A stretch of DNA of 64,000 nucleotides from a phage. A program made the position numbers and the translations under genes. Each line of letters begins with the position of its first letter. The stretch's first letter is position 1. The stretch lies in the sequence record PZ452578.1. One strand, written 5' to 3'. Under the pieces are notes generated by a model. It was given only the letters and a program-made list of their open reading frames with translations. It did not search any database and was not told the DNA's origin. Below, piece by piece: positions 62,952 through 64,000 of the stretch.

Positions 62952-63226
62952 TCGAAATAATCTTCAATTTCGTAATCATTGACATAAAACATTATAGTTT
63001 TTAATACATCATCAATACTTTTTCCTGGAGCTGGAATTACGTAAAAATATCCTGCTTTTGAGAGGTCTTTATAAGTTCCAATCAAGAAATCATTATTCTC
63101 AAGATGTAGTTCTTCAACTAATTCATTGACAATTGAATGGTATAAATTTGGTAGAAACTTATATAGCTTTTCTAAAATATCAATTTTGATTGTGTATTGA
63201 ACCACGGACTGAGAATCAATAATCAT
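62948..63226 (-). CDS. arn: Anti-restriction nuclease Arn (McrBC inhibitor)
   Basis: 92 aa, T4 Arn length; acidic; position upstream of asiA. Confidence 0.7.
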   Translation of the reverse strand: MIIDSQSVVQYTIKIDILEKLYKFLPNLYHSIVNELVEELHLENNDFLIGTYKDLSKAGYFYVIPAPGKSIDDVLKTIMFYVNDYEIEDYFE

Positions 63227-63335
63227 AGACCTTCCCCTTATGTTTCTGTTTGCGATTAGATTCTTTAAACGCTTTCTTCTTATCTTTATGGACAGAAGCT
63301 TTATTAAAATTATGCTTTGCGACTAAATTGTTCAT
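63216..63335 (-). CDS. Hypothetical small basic protein (not in ORF track)
   Basis: 39 aa Lys-rich ORF found by manual translation (MNNLVAKHNFNKASVHKDKKKAFKESNRKQKHKGKVYDY); its stop overlaps the arn start. Confidence 0.45.
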   Translation of the reverse strand: MNNLVAKHNFNKASVHKDKKKAFKESNRKQKHKGKVYDY

Positions 63336-63528
63336 AGTGCTGAATTACCTCTCTTAAACATTTGCATGTGAATGAAAACTTTTTAGCTACACCACATTCA
63401 AATATATGTTCTCTTAAATCGCATGTATCGGTATATCCCATCTCAACAATAAAATGCCGTATTAGATTTTTATCTTTATCATTGAGAGAATTAAAATAAT
63501 CAGATTTTGAATTAATTTCCCTGGCCAA
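63310..63528 (-). CDS. Hypothetical protein with Cys cluster
   Basis: 72 aa ORF; CDLREHIFEC...FTCKC. Confidence 0.6.
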   Translation of the reverse strand: MAREINSKSDYFNSLNDKDKNLIRHFIVEMGYTDTCDLREHIFECGVAKKFSFTCKCLREVIQHYEQFSRKA

Positions 63529-63808
63529 ATTGAATCACCTTCAGTTGACGTTTTAATTCTTTTATCATTTCTTCGTTCATCGCAATATAAAGATCGCGTA
63601 AAGCAGGTTTTAACATTCCATTTACTGGAGAACTAAATGGACATACATAATCTTTTCCTACGAGCTTTTTGGTGAATTCCATATCACAGAACTTAAATCC
63701 CGGCTCATTGGTATAAATTCCCCAATTAGTTGACATCATTTTATTAGCATATTCCAGTGCCTGGATTTGATTCATAATTCCATCAATTTGAAACTTTTTA
63801 ATATTCAT
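63512..63808 (-). CDS. Hypothetical protein
   Basis: 98 aa ORF. Confidence 0.65.
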   Translation of the reverse strand: MNIKKFQIDGIMNQIQALEYANKMMSTNWGIYTNEPGFKFCDMEFTKKLVGKDYVCPFSSPVNGMLKPALRDLYIAMNEEMIKELKRQLKVIQFGQGN

Positions 63809-63999
63809 TAGTAAAGGTCCTCAGAGTAAAGTTCTTTTTCACTACCACCACGTTCAATACGTACTTGTCCAGCGTAAGTTGCAATAATCATTGCTTCTTC
63901 ACGTGTCCAATAATTACTATATTGGTCAATAAACCCTTGGTCATCATCACAAACTTGTTGAGTAACTAATTGAGGTTTAACTACATCTAAAACTTCTGC
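63808..63999 (-). CDS. Hypothetical protein, 3' end only (gene continues beyond the window)
   Basis: Open minus-strand frame from the window edge to TAA at 63808-63810 (...[20 protein letters not shown]); stop overlaps the next ATG as TAATG. Confidence 0.5.
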   Translation of the reverse strand, partial: AEVLDVVKPQLVTQQVCDDDQGFIDQYSNYWTREEAMIIATYAGQVRIERGGSEKELYSEDLY

Positions 64000-64000
64000 C

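Noticed and set aside
63808-63999. Partial gene at the window end as motA
   Set aside because: The translated C-terminus (...[18 protein letters not shown]) does not resemble MotA as I recall it and the position relative to asiA/arn does not fit; left as hypothetical.

Overview
This window reads as a contiguous 64 kb segment of a virulent T-even (T4-like) myovirus genome, with almost no non-coding space. Calls rest on reading the supplied ORF translations against remembered T4 proteins and on motifs visible in the DNA; no searches were run. On the + strand are late structural genes: tail sheath 18, tail tube 19, portal 20, prohead core 67/68/21/22, major capsid 23, vertex 24, baseplate hub 51/27/28/29/48/54, uvsW, long tail fibre 34-37, adhesin 38 and holin t. 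On the - strand are mostly early/middle genes: rnlB, hoc, inh, uvsY, 25/26, two tandem alt-type ADP-ribosyltransferases, DNA ligase 30 with the 30.1-30.9 cluster, rIII, 31, cd, pseT, a spanin pair, alc, rnlA, denA, nrdB, nrdA, td, frd, 32, 59, 33, dsbA, rnh, asiA and arn. Late promoters (TATAAATA), sigma70-like early promoters (TTTACA, 17-18 bp, TAnTAT) and GC hairpin terminators are readable directly. The phage looks T2/T6-like rather than T4 proper: td and nrdB are uninterrupted, no homing-endonuclease ORFs sit at the usual sites, and gene 38 is a glycine-rich adhesin paired with a gene 37 carrying a C-terminal chaperone-like domain. No novel multi-gene system is evident. The best leads are the tandem alt pair with a NADAR-like 30.3 nearby, a repeated promoter-leader cassette, a duplicated small early gene pair, a tandem Ig-domain duplication in hoc, a frameshifted small late ORF, and an unassigned ORF between td and frd.
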